Assembly: GCA_965240325.2 (NCBI GenBank)
Contig: OZ251234.1
Location: 1,302,001 to 1,366,000, forward strand
Source: Rebecca billardiae RCC1528
Taxonomy: Eukaryota; Protista; Haptophyta
Direction: 5' to 3'
Length of the DNA stretch: 64,000 bases
Of the stretch, positions 1 through 10,797 are shown piece after piece. A program made the position numbers and the translations under genes. The notes under the pieces are model-generated. The model was not told where the DNA came from. It was given only the letters and a program-made list of their open reading frames with translations, and made no database searches. Numbering within the stretch: the stretch's first letter is position 1; each line of letters opens with the position of its first letter.

Positions 1-2532
1 CCCGCGAGCCGCCGTCGTGCGCAGGGGCGGCGGCGACGGCGTGTGCGCGTGGAGTGGGCTCGCCGTCGCTGGCGGGCGCTCGCGCACCGGCTGCGCATGC
101 GCGCGGCCGAGCCGCCTCGACGTCGTCGTCCGCATCGGCGGCCGCGTCCACGGCCGTGCGCGCGGCATCGGGCCCGGTCAGCTCGCGCGCTGGCTCGTCG
201 CCGTCACCGCCGCCGTGCAGCACGACCGCGTCGATCAGCTCGGCGGCCACGCCTGCGGGCGGTAGCTCTCCCTGGTCGCTCTCCTCCTCGCCCCCCGCCT
301 CCTCAGCCTCGCACGTGCCGGACGAGCGCTCTGCGGCGCCGTGGGTGGCGGACGCCCCGCAGTGCGCAGCCGCCTGTACGCCGTGGCTGCCGCGGGCGGC
401 GCTCGCCGGCGCGCGCGCGTGCCCTCCAAAGCCGCGCGCGCCCGGGAGCCCGTCGAGCGCCGTGAACGCGCGTGCCAGCCGCTCCAGGCTGGGCAGCAGC
501 GAGGACACCATCTCCACGAGGTGCGGCAGGATGGAGATCGACCACTGCGCGCCGGAGCGGAGGGGCGGCGCGCGGTCGGTCGGTGCGGGTACGTGGGCGG
601 AGGGGCCGCGGTCGCTGAGCGCGAGTGCGGCCGCGTGACGGGCGAGCGGGCGCGCGGCGGCGGCGGCGAGAGGGCACGCGCGCGGCGCGGCGTCGCGCGC
701 GCACCCGCATCTGAAAGATCCACGAGAGCGCGGTGAACGCCACCGTGGGCGTGAGCACGCGGCGCTGCGCCAGAGTGTACCATCCAAACACGCTCGCTGG
801 CACGCCGATGCCGAAAGTGTATCCAATCATCTCGCTGAGCATGCGCAGGTAGCGCGTGAGCGCGAGCTGGCGGAGCTCCTCGTCGCGCGCGCACGTGAGC
901 CGCTGCGCCCACGTGCCCTCCGAGCCGCTCAGCTTGATCAGCCGCACGCCGCTCAGCAGCTCGGCGAGCAGCGCGCCGCGCGCGTCCCGACGCGTCTGCA
1001 GCGCGCGCGAGACCGTCTGCGAGACGCGCGCCACGAGCCACGAGAGAAGGTTGGAGAGCAGCAGCGTGCACACGCCGACGATCGCCGCGCTGCCCATCAG
1101 CGTGTGCCTGCGCATCGGCGGCGGCGGCGGTGGCGGCGCACGGCACGCGCAGGCGCAAGTGAGCGCGCAGCGAGCAGGGCGTCACGCGCCGCGCCGCGCC
1201 GCGCGGGACACGCGGCACGGCGACCGCGGGCACGCGCGGGCGCGCGCACAGCTGCCACAGGACGATCGGCAGGGTGAAGACGGCCCACAGCCAGCACGCC
1301 ATGCAGAACACGAGATCCGGCGACTTGCCCACCTTGTCCGCGTCCGTCGCCATCAGGTTGGTCAGCCGGCCCGAGACCGAGCCGGACTCCTTGCCATCCT
1401 TGTCCGGGGCCGCGGCGCCCTCGGCGCGTGCCGCGAGCCGCGCGAGCTCAGCGGGGTCGGGCGCGCGCAGCGCCGCCCTGAAGAGCGCGACGACGAGCGC
1501 CGAGCGCGCGTTCGTGGCCGCGCGCACCGAGTAGAAGTAGCAGAACTCGCCGAACGTCACGCGCACGAGCATGTTGGCGCCGAGCATCAGCACCGCCAGC
1601 ACCTCGCCCCGCGCGACGCCCGGCTGCGCGGCCGTCCGCAGGTCCTGCGCCTGCGCGGCATGCAGCACGCGCTGGAGCACGAAGGGGTCGACCATCGTGG
1701 AGAGCATGACGAGCCAGGTGGTTGCGAGCGCCGTCCAGAACACACGCGGCTGCACCGAGCAGAGCACGAGGCCGAGCAGCCGCCACGCGCCCGAGCTCGC
1801 CCAGCGGCGGCGGAAGCGCGCAAAGAGGCGCTCGGGCTCGTCCGCGCATGCGACGCGCGGCAGGTGCTCCATCTCGAGGGCGTCGCGCTCGCGCGCGGCG
1901 CGGAGGGTGCCCATCACCCACCAAAAGTTGAGCTTGGACATCCAGCCGGCGCGGTCGAGCTCGGCGCTCGAGCCGCGCGCGCGAGCCTTGTCGCGCGCGT
2001 GCGCGTGAGCGAGCCACGCGCTCAGCAGCAGCAGGGTGAAGCACAGCGCGCACAGCGACGCCGCCGAGTCCCAGTCGATGGGGTGGCGGCGCTCGGCGCG
2101 CCAGAGCGCGAAAGCGTGGACATCAGGCCGCAGCCAGCGCCGCGGCCAGCCGCGTACCGCGCCGCCGAGCGTCCAGCTCGCGCCGACGAGGCCGAGGATG
2201 GGAGCGATGGACTTGTCGGCGGCGCGCAAACACGCCGACGCGACGAGGCGAGAAGAGCGGGGCGGCGCGGGAGCGAGAGGACGGGGCGCGTTGTGGAGCG
2301 GTAGGACGTGGATTGTGCCGAACGAGTCGGGCGTTGGCGACGACGCCGTGCGGCTTGGCATAGTATGCGGTTGCGGTTGGGTACGATCGTCGGCGCGCGA
2401 ACACGCCGATGCGACGGGGCGAGAGGTGCGAGACGGCGGCGGAGGTGAGTTCGAGGGCGTCTCGTTGAGAAGCGGGTCTTGGAGCTCGTGGAGCGAGCTG
2501 GGCAGCGACGTGGAGTTCGTGCGGCGGGGCAT
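1..2532 (-). CDS. ABCC/MRP-type ABC transporter, 5' part (TMD1 and linker; runs off the window start). Inferred introns 1108-1249 and 545-704
   Basis: Lasso-like motif AGWMSKLNFWWV..., TM helices, GRLTNLMATDADK, ELLSGVRLIKL, REELRQL. GTGCGC...GCAG splicing joins the 235..2532 frame, the 303..1115 frame and a third frame into ...LWQLHTLMG... and FTALSWIFQMRWSISILP...SLERL, the typical end of ABCC TMD1. Confidence 0.88.
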
Positions 2533-4791
2533 GGCGGGCAGGTGCGTGCGTGCGGCGGTCGAGCGGGGCGGCCGGGGGCGTGTCCACGTGCGAAGCGCAG
2601 CGGTGCGTGTTTGCGCGGCAAGCGTGCCCTCTCAACGGTCGTGTTGGGGACAGGTCCTGACCAGGAACTTTGCCACGGAATCTTCGCCAGAAAGCTTCCC
2701 AGAAACGTTCGCGTGAGCTTCTGGCCTCTGTGAAGGTCTGTGATGGCTGCCGCCGGAGTGCCGGCAGTTGATCATCAGTGAGGCAAGAAAGGTATGCTGG
2801 GAGGCGTGAGAGTGCGGGCACGGCAGCGCGCGGGTGTTCGTTGGCCGCAGACGACTCTACTCTAGGCTTTGGCATCGTTGGGTGACTCGTATCCACCTCT
2901 CTTCAGTTCTTGTTGTCCCTGCTTGTGTATGGTCTGTGATCGACGCCTCAGCATGACGGCGGCGGCTGTGCATGCGTGGCGAAAACAAGTGCATAACGCC
3001 GGGAGAGGCCGGAATCGTCGGTGATGGGTGTTTGCACACCCTTCATTGAAAGGCGTAGCGCTCGCAGCCCGCCTGTAGCTTTGCTCGCCGCTCCAGGGCA
3101 AGCGTCACCGCTGCTGTGGTCAGGCGAGCGTGGGGCGGAGCTCTGCGGCGGGCAGGCGTACGATGACGATCAAAGATAAAGCAGCGGTCGGTTGCACAAG
3201 CCACTGAGCGGCATGCCAGGTAAAATGGAGGCGCCAAGCGCACACGCGCATATCATAGCCCGCAACGCCACACGCGCGCCGCGCCCGTGGTATTGGGTGG
3301 GCGCTCCCTCCCGTGGCGACGGGCAGCCATGCGGTGATGCGGAGTCGCAGCAAACTCAAACTGGCAAGCGCTGTACATCATTCTGTGAGCCGGACTCCCT
3401 CGCCGAGCCGGGAGTCCGCCGGGAGCAAAGAATGAAAGCCTGGACTTATTCTTGAGTTCTTGAAGACTACAAACGGACGGAGACTCTGTCAGGCCGTCGG
3501 GCCGAGACTCATCACACCCTGTACGTGACACCCAGGAGACGTGCGCCGTCCTACCTGTGTCGGTAAATCATAGAATATATATATATAATGAGTCCCAGAC
3601 CACGGCGCTCACGGACGTCCGAGTCCGAACTCCGAAGAGGCCAATGCCTATATATATATGGCATAGGGTGGGATTCCCAAAGCTCTATCTCGAGGCGATC
3701 TGAGATGTCTAGCCGTCCTCGTGAACGCCGACGCCAACTGCTGGCCGAAGGTGGGCACGCCGCCTGGCATGTCGATGCCGAGGCGGCTGCGTGTGTTCCT
3801 ACTCAGTGGGATTTACGTGTCCGCCGAAAGATGTTGGTCGGTGCACGCGACGCGCCACCCGCGTGCGAGCCGCCGCCGCCGGGGACGCAGGACGAGCTTG
3901 GCTGGAGCCATCTCGCACGCCGCGCCTGGCGAAGCAGGCGGCAGAGGCCGGCGCCGGAAACCGATCTCCTGGGCGGCAGAACAACCCGGACAGACTGTTT
4001 GTCCGGGAGCAGCGCCCTTTGAGGCGATGGTCTGGTAGAGGGCGATGTGGCTGATGAGCGGCGCTGGCGCCCGGCGTTCTTGTCGTCCTCTTAGACAATA
4101 TCATCAGTAGTTATATTATTATTGTACCAATGTCCTGCAATAATTAACGTAACCCCATTAAATATAACTGAATGCCGCCGGTTTTAAGACAGATAGTAAG
4201 CTCTGCATCGTCATCATCATCAACGCGCGCGCGTCACAAGCAGATATATATAGCTGTTCAGTGCCGCCCTCGTCGGAACTCACCCCTCCGCCGCCACACT
4301 GCACGCGCACAGCGGCCGCCGGGCGCCGGCGCGGCACACGGCGCACACGGCACACGCGGCCAGCAATCTCAATCTGAACCGGGGCTCGGCCGCGCGTGGA
4401 GGTGCCACAGCACGCGGCGCGGCGCAGACGCCACGGCCAGCTGCGACCGTGCCGCAGCCGTCGTGCAGCCAGCAGCAGCGCATCGCGGGAGAACGGACAC
4501 AGTCTCCCTGGCCGTGCGCCTCGCCCGTCGGGCCGACACTGCGCATGCGGCGCGGAGGACGTGCGTGCTGGCACGCCGCGGCCGCGCCGCGCCGCTCGGA
4601 GCCGTGCCGACCGTGCGTGCACCTCCAAGCCGCGCGCGCGGCGGGTTCCGAGATGGCAGCGCTCGGCAGGGCGTCGGCTGCGCTCAGCCCTGCGCGCGCG
4701 TCGCCCTGCGCGGCCGCCCGGCCTCCGCCCCGCGCCGTCCGCTGTGCGTCGGCCGGGCGCGCACGGCCGACCCGCTCGCGCGCGCGCGCTC

Positions 4792-6384
4792 TCAGGAGAT
4801 GACGCAGCAGGCGCGCGCCTTTTTCTGCGCCAACTCCTCCGCCGGCGCGTCCGCCCTCGCGCCCCCGGCGGGCGGTGTGCGCGCGCCGTTGGACGCGGCC
4901 GGCTCGAGCTGCACGTCGTCCGCGCGCACGGGCGGGTCGGAGGCCGGCGGCTTCGCGCCGAGCTGCGGCGACGCCGGCATCGGCGGCGACTCGGCCGCGC
5001 GCTGCGGCGTCGAGTGGTGCGACGAGGCAGGCGAGTCGAGCGCTCGCTCCGTCTTGGGCGGCAGCTCGGAGAAGAAGGTGCGCAGCAGCTCCGCCGGCGC
5101 CTTGCCGTCCTTTGGGTTCATGGCCTTGATCATCGCGCTGAACTCCTTGAAGTCGACGCTCCCCGACTTGTCCTGGTCCACGATGCTGAACAGCTCCTCC
5201 ACCTTGGCGGGCGTGAGCTCGTCGTCCCCGAGCAGTGCGAGCAGGTTGAAGAAGGCGCCGCGCTCCACGCTCACCGCCTCGCCCACGATGGCCTCCCACG
5301 CCTTCTTGAGGTCCGCGTCGGTCTGCTTGCGGAAGAGCGCGCGGCAGACGGCCTTGATCTGCTCGGCGGTGTACTGCGCCTCGCGCATGTTGTGCACGAT
5401 CCGGCCGGCGCGCACGCGCTCCGCCGGCGTCATCTGAAACGACGTGCCCGCGTCGAGCGACGACACAGACGTGATGGTCGGCCCGAGGTTTTTGGGGATG
5501 ACCTGCTGCATCCAGCTGCCCGTGCGCTTGTCGCGCTTCACGCGCATGTTGCCGTACTTGGCGCGCACGGCGTGCCCGCGGAGCGACGCCTGGATCGTCG
5601 TCGCCGCCTTCTGCCGGCTGTCCATCTCCCCTCGCGTGCCGTGCCCGCGGTAGTGGGCCTGGATGGAGGTCGACGCCGACGTCTCCTGCGCGGTCGGCGG
5701 GTGGTCGAGGTGCGGCGGCACCGGCGGCGGCGCCGGCGGCGTGCCCGCGGAGGAGAAGAAGAAGGCGAGCGGGTTGGACGCCTTGGGCGGCTCCTTCGGG
5801 TTCATGCTCTTGATCAGCCTGCAGAACTCGCCGAACTCGACGCCGCCGCTCGCGTCCGCGTCCACCATCTCAAAGACCTCGTGCAGCTTCGCCTCGTCCA
5901 CGTCCTCGGTGCCGAGCAGCCCGAGCAGCGAGCGGAACGACTGCTTGGGCACGACCTCGGCGTCGCCGACGAGCGACTCCCACGCCTTTCGCAAGTCGGC
6001 CTCGGACTGCGTGAGGAAGAGCGCGCGGCACACCGCCCTGATCTGCTCGGACGTGTACGCGGCCTCGCGCATGTTGGCGACGATCACGCCCGAGCGGTGC
6101 CGCTCGTGCGGCGTCATCTTGAAGGTGGTCTCGGCGTCGAGGACGGAGACGGACGTGAGCGTCGGGCCCAGGTCCTTCGGGATGAGCGCCGACATCCAGC
6201 CCCCCGTCTGCGGGTCCTTCTTCACGCGCAGGTTGCTGAACGACTTGCGCGTCTCGTGGCCGCGGTAATGAGCCTGGATGTTGCTCGCCGCGTGGTGCTG
6301 GTTGCCGATGCTCTTGCGGGTCTCCTTACCGCGGTGGTGCGCCTGGATCTGGCTCGCGGCTACCGACTCGTTCGCTGGCGCCAT
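4792..6384 (-). CDS. Tandem-duplicated IQ-motif / EF-hand protein with C-terminal CaaX box
   Basis: Four IQ motifs (IQAHHRGKETRK, IQAHYRGHETRK, IQAHYRGHGTRG, IQASLRGHAVRA), two EF loops (DADASGGVEFGEF, DQDKSGSVDFKEF), two clearly homologous halves, ends KKARACCVIS-stop. Confidence 0.85.
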   Translation of the reverse strand: MAPANESVAASQIQAHHRGKETRKSIGNQHHAASNIQAHYRGHETRKSFSNLRVKKDPQTGGWMSALIPKDLGPTLTSVSVLDAETTFKMTPHERHRSGVIVANMREAAYTSEQIRAVCRALFLTQSEADLRKAWESLVGDAEVVPKQSFRSLLGLLGTEDVDEAKLHEVFEMVDADASGGVEFGEFCRLIKSMNPKEPPKASNPLAFFFSSAGTPPAPPPVPPHLDHPPTAQETSASTSIQAHYRGHGTRGEMDSRQKAATTIQASLRGHAVRAKYGNMRVKRDKRTGSWMQQVIPKNLGPTITSVSSLDAGTSFQMTPAERVRAGRIVHNMREAQYTAEQIKAVCRALFRKQTDADLKKAWEAIVGEAVSVERGAFFNLLALLGDDELTPAKVEELFSIVDQDKSGSVDFKEFSAMIKAMNPKDGKAPAELLRTFFSELPPKTERALDSPASSHHSTPQRAAESPPMPASPQLGAKPPASDPPVRADDVQLEPAASNGARTPPAGGARADAPAEELAQKKARACCVIS

Positions 6385-6730
6385 CGCGCCCGACCCGCCA
6401 CGCCCCGCCCTGCGAGCGGCTGGACTTGCACGAGCACCCCGCCCGCGTTGGCTCGACAGCGAAGCCCAAAAAGCTGCCTGCCGCCTTGTTGGCCGTGAGC
6501 TTTCGGGACCGCTGCTTCTAACTGTCCAGCTTGCTTACTACGGTTGCGTGTCGTCAACAGCGCAAGCGCGCAACAGCTCGCAATCTCGCGCGCGCGGCAC
6601 AAATACGGCGCGGCCCAAACAGACCCAAAAAGTACGACTTATTACCGTACAGTTTACTAAGAATATTACCGATTTCGGGCAACCGAAATCGGCAAACAAA
6701 AGAAATAAACGGAAAAGTGAAAACCGATAT

Positions 6731-6865
6731 CGAAAACGAAAACGATTTCGAGAAAACGAAAACGTTTTCTCGTTTTCGTTTTCGTTTTCTCGAAAACGAA
6801 AACGTTTTCGAGAAAACGAAAACGATTTCGAGAAATCGTTTTCGTTTTCTTTCTCGAAATCGAAA
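6731..6865. repeat. GAAAAC / TTTCGAGAAAACGAAAACGA (about 20 bp unit) subterminal array, left arm
   Basis: Direct reading; units occur in both orientations. Confidence 0.9.
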
Positions 6866-6906
6866 TCGCTTTCCGAGACGCTGTCGACGAGGTTCGGTGC
6901 CGCGAT

Positions 6907-8130
6907 GATCCGCCGATCTGAGCGATCTCGCGCTTTTGGCGGCGGATGGCGGTCTTCTGCTCCGACGTGGACCACGTCGCGCGCGTGGCGGCACTCGCCC
7001 CGTCACGATCGCGCTCGGGCTCGTTGCGGCTTGCTGGGCACCGGCGCTGATACACGTAGCGCCCGTCTCCGCCCTCAGCTGACCTCCGCGCGCCTTCCGC
7101 CGCCGCCGCCGCGTGCGCGATCGACCTGTACCGCACAGCTTGCGGAGCGGTGCGACTGTCCGTCACCGAAAACGCGCAGCTAGAGTGGCACTGCTTGAGC
7201 GGGACGCCCGTCGCGGGGTCTGCCCTCGCCATCGCTACCCCAGTATGTCCTCCGACGCCGTGTGCGCCCGCGTGTGCGCCGCCTCCTGGCCACGGGCAGC
7301 AGCGCACAGACGGACGGCGCGCCACTTCACGCGACTGCCGCGCCATCCAAGGCGACGCGCGCGGGTTGGGCGCGGGTTGGGAGGCCAGGTCGCCAACGTG
7401 CGGTGTCTGCAGCCTGCAGTCTCGTCTATATGCATCGAGCAGTACTACTAGTGAGCCGCGTGCCGTCCCGGAAGGTCACTGAGCTCGCTGCCTCAGGGAC
7501 CTGCCATCTCGAGTGGGGTCGGCTCGTCTCACTTACCTTCAACTGTTTCTGCGCTCACCGATGGCCGTGTGTCCGAGCAAATGTGCTGACTCAGAGTGCC
7601 GTGTGCTGCAGGGCGACGCGTGAACTAGACATGCATGGCTCTCGGGCGAGGAGCACGACCTGGCCTCCCAACCCGCGCGCGTCGCCTTGGATGGCGCGGC
7701 AGTCGAGTGAAGTTGCGCGCCGTCCGTCTGTGCGCTGCTGCCCGTGGCCAGGAGGCGGCGCACACGCGGGCGCACGCGGCGTCGGAGGACATACTGGGGT
7801 AGCGATGGCGAGGGCAGACCCCGCGACGGGCGTCCCGCTCAAGCAGTGCCACTCTAGCTGCGCGTTTTCGGTGACGGACAGTCGCACCGCTCCGCAAGCT
7901 GTGCGGTACAGGTCGATCGCGCACGCGGCGGCGGCGGCGGAAGGCGCGCGGAGGTCAGCTGAGGGCGGAGACGGGCGCTACGTGTATCAGCGCCGGTGCC
8001 CAGCAAGCCGCAACGAGCCCGAGCGCGATCGTGACGGGGCGAGTGCCGCCACGCGCGCGACGTGGTCCACGTCGGAGCAGAAGACCGCCATCCGCCGCCA
8101 AAAGCGCGAGATCGCTCAGATCGGCGGATC
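6907..8130. mobile_element. Palindromic non-autonomous element (arms 6907-7392 and 7656-8130, about 260 bp spacer), AT target duplication, nested in the foldback left arm
   Basis: gatccgccgatctgagcgatctcgcg... / ...cgcgagatcgctcagatcggcggatc; AT at 6905-06 and 8131-32; the empty site ccgcgATaaggct is seen in the right arm near 10385-10397. Confidence 0.9.
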
Positions 8131-10426
8131 ATAAGGCTATTTCAGAACCGTTACGGCTTCTATTTGTCCGGAGTCTGAATACGGGAATTGGAGTGGCGCG
8201 CGAGGAGCTCAGAAGGTACACTGGGCCCCGGCCAGGCAGCGGCTGGGCGATGGCAACGTGCGTCGTGGGAGGGGCACGTTCGCGGTGCTGTGCGGCCGGG
8301 TGCGCGTGGGTGGAGAAGGCGAGGCTCGCGTACGTGCAGGAGCCGCAGCTTTAGGGCCTCAGGTCGCTCCAGCACGGCTGCGGCGTCGGCTTGCCCCCGC
8401 CCGCGCCTACCGTGGGCTACGAGCGTTGGCTCTTCTGCGACGAGCACGACCCTGCTGCTCTAGCGCCGATCGGCGACGTCGTCGTGGTTGAGAGCCTCTT
8501 CGGTAGACCCGGTCCGCGTCGTCACGGCGATCTGAGGTGTGCGAGCTACGTGCGAAGCTGCACGTGCAACGCACTCTGCTCTCGCGCGCGCGCGCACAGT
8601 CGACAACACGACATCTGCTTCTGGCGCAGCCTGTCATAACAGCGGCTTCGGCGCGCCCTCGCAGGCGCGCGCGGTTAATCCCTGTCGTGCGCGCACACGG
8701 CCAACGCGTGCGTGCGGCTGCGCGTTCGCGCATGCCGTCGAGCATCAAGGCGTCTTGCGTGCACCGCTGGTCCGCCCGTCCGCGGGCGTTTGTGGCAGCC
8801 GAGTAGTCAGTATACGTCTGTACTAGCGCTCTAGCAGTGTCATTGATGCGGTCGGCAGCGCGAGATCGACCTGGGCACCTCGGATGATGTGCCCCTGAGT
8901 TGCAGTCAGAGGCGCCAGACCCAGATCGGGCCCGGCGCCTGAACCTGGGCTACTTGTCAGCGGCACGGCCGCAGCTTGGCCAGCTTCTTGCTGGCTTGGG
9001 CGGTCCACTCCGGTCGGCCAGCGGCCGGCGCGCAGTAAATAGCTCATCCAGAGGCCGCGTGTCGCGCGTTCAGCCGCGCTGCCGAGCTCTAGCTGCACTT
9101 CGCCACGAGCTCATGCAGCGCCGCGAGCGCTGTGTCGCGCTGCTCGGCGTACTCACCCGGCGCCGCCACCAATAGGTCGATGCATACGGGCCACACGGCC
9201 ATGGCGATGAAGTGGCCAGCGGCTGCGTGGGGCTGGCCCTCGCGCAGCAGCCGCTGCCTGTCCACGTCGAAGCGCCGCGCGTACCTGCCACCGTCTGCGG
9301 CGTGGCTGCGTACACTTGTCGCCAAACGCCGCGTCCGCGTCCGTCTCCTAGCCGCGCACCGCGTGCCACTCGGCGCGCAGCTGGTGCAGCTTGGGCATTG
9401 GCGGGCAGCGCGGCGCGGAGCGCGGCGTGGTTCCCGGGCATTAGCATGTGCCGCATGCCCTTTGTCATGTCGCCCATCCTGTGCGCCAGCGCGGCCAGCA
9501 GCTTGCCCTGACGGTCACAGGCCGACGGACGCTTGAGCGTACTGCCCAAGGAGAGAGTGCCTCCGCCGTATCCTCCACCGGGTGGCGAGAGTATCACATA
9601 AATCTTCACCGTGCTCCCCGTCCGATTGTGCGGCTTGGTAACCGCGTGCCTGCCAGTCGAAGAAGTGGCCAGCCGCTCCTGCCCCGACTCCGCGAGAGCA
9701 GCAGCATCGTAACTGCTACCGTACACTTGGCTCTCGACCAGGGACGGGCGGACCAGCGGTGCACGCAAGACGCCTTGATGCTCGACGGCATGCGCGAACG
9801 CGCAGCCGCACGCACGCGTTGGCCGTGTGCGCGCACGACAGGGATTAACCGCGCGCGCCTGCGAGGGCGCGCCGAAGCCGCTGTTATGACAGGCTGCGCC
9901 AGAAGCAGATGTCGTGTTGTCGACTGTGCGCGCGCGCGCGAGAGCAGAGTGCGTTGCACGTGCAGCTTCGCACGTAGCTCGCGCACCTCAGATCGCCGTG
10001 ACGACGCGGACTGGGACTACCGAAGAGGCTCTCAACCACGACGACGTCGCCGATCAGCGCTAGAGCAGCAGGGTCGTGCTCGTCGCAGAAGAGCCAACGC
10101 TCGTAGCCCACGGTAGGCGCGGGCGGGGGCAAGCCGACGCCGCAGCCGTGCTGGAGCGACCTGAGGCCCTAAAGCTGCGGCTCCTGCACGTACGCGAGCC
10201 TCGCCTTCTCCACCCACGCGCACCCGGCCGCACAGCACCGCGAACGTGCCCCTCCCACGACGCACGTTGCCATCGCCCAGCCGCTGCCTGGCCGGGGCCC
10301 AGTGTACCTTCTGAGCTCCTCGCGCGCCACTCCAATTCCCGTATTCAGACTCCGGACAAATAGAAGCCGTAACGGTTCTGAAATAGCCTTATCGCGGCAC
10401 CGAACCTCGTCGACAGCGTCTCGGAA

Positions 10427-10630
10427 AGCGAAAGAAAACGAAAACGATTTCTCGAAATCGTTTTCGTTTTCTCGAAATCGTTTTCGTTTTCTCGAAATCG
10501 TTTTCGTTTTCTCGAAAACGTTTTCGTTTTCTCGAAATCGTTTTCGTTTTCGTTTTCGTTTTCGAGAAAACGAAAACGATTTCGAGAAAACGAAAACGAT
10601 TTCGAGAAAGAAAACGTTTTCGTTTTCGAT
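10427..10630. repeat. GTTTTC / 20 bp unit subterminal array, right arm of the foldback
   Basis: Direct reading; longer than the left-arm array. Confidence 0.9.
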
Positions 10631-10797
10631 TTCTGGAAATCATTTGTGGCACGATTTCGGTTGCCCGAAATCGGTAATAAGAGACGCACACAGCTCAGGC
10701 AGGCGAGATTAGAGTTCCGCATGCCTGGCTACTCGCGCAGTCCGGGAAAACGGGAAAAGATGATTCGCAGTGCTCTAGCTGGTTTGCAATAAGAAAA

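Larger units (their letters stand above)
6666..10677. mobile_element. Foldback-like non-autonomous element, about 4.0 kb including a nested insert, about 0.9 kb inverted arms, TA target duplication
   Basis: Ends ttaccgatttcgggcaaccgaaatcg / cgatttcggttgcccgaaatcggtaa. Left arm 6666-6906 + 8133-8781 is the reverse complement of right arm 9742-10677. TA at 6664-65 and 10678-79. Confidence 0.9.
6650..10710 (+). mobile_element. Solo TIR of the CAGTTTACTAAG family (6650-6665 + 10680-10710), split by the foldback insertion
   Basis: cagtttactaagaaTA|insert|TAagagacgcacacagctcaggcaggcgagatt rejoins to the exact uninterrupted sequence at 34964-35010. Confidence 0.85.

Noticed and set aside
2700-3560. 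Lower-GC stretch with short ORFs upstream of the ABCC gene
   Set aside because: No motif, repeat boundary or second copy found; possibly decayed repeat DNA but unsupported
4050-4090. ctgatgag as a hammerhead ribozyme core
   Set aside because: No downstream GAAA core or supporting stems
6278-7346. ORFs with RKRKRFRENEN / FSFSR repeats (also 10302-10722)
   Set aside because: Translations of the GAAAAC array in the foldback arms
9070-9768. Foldback loop ORF (and the interiors of 21253-23211 and 38289-39901) as a transposase
   Set aside because: No DDE, HTH or zinc-finger motif recognisable by eye; left unassigned
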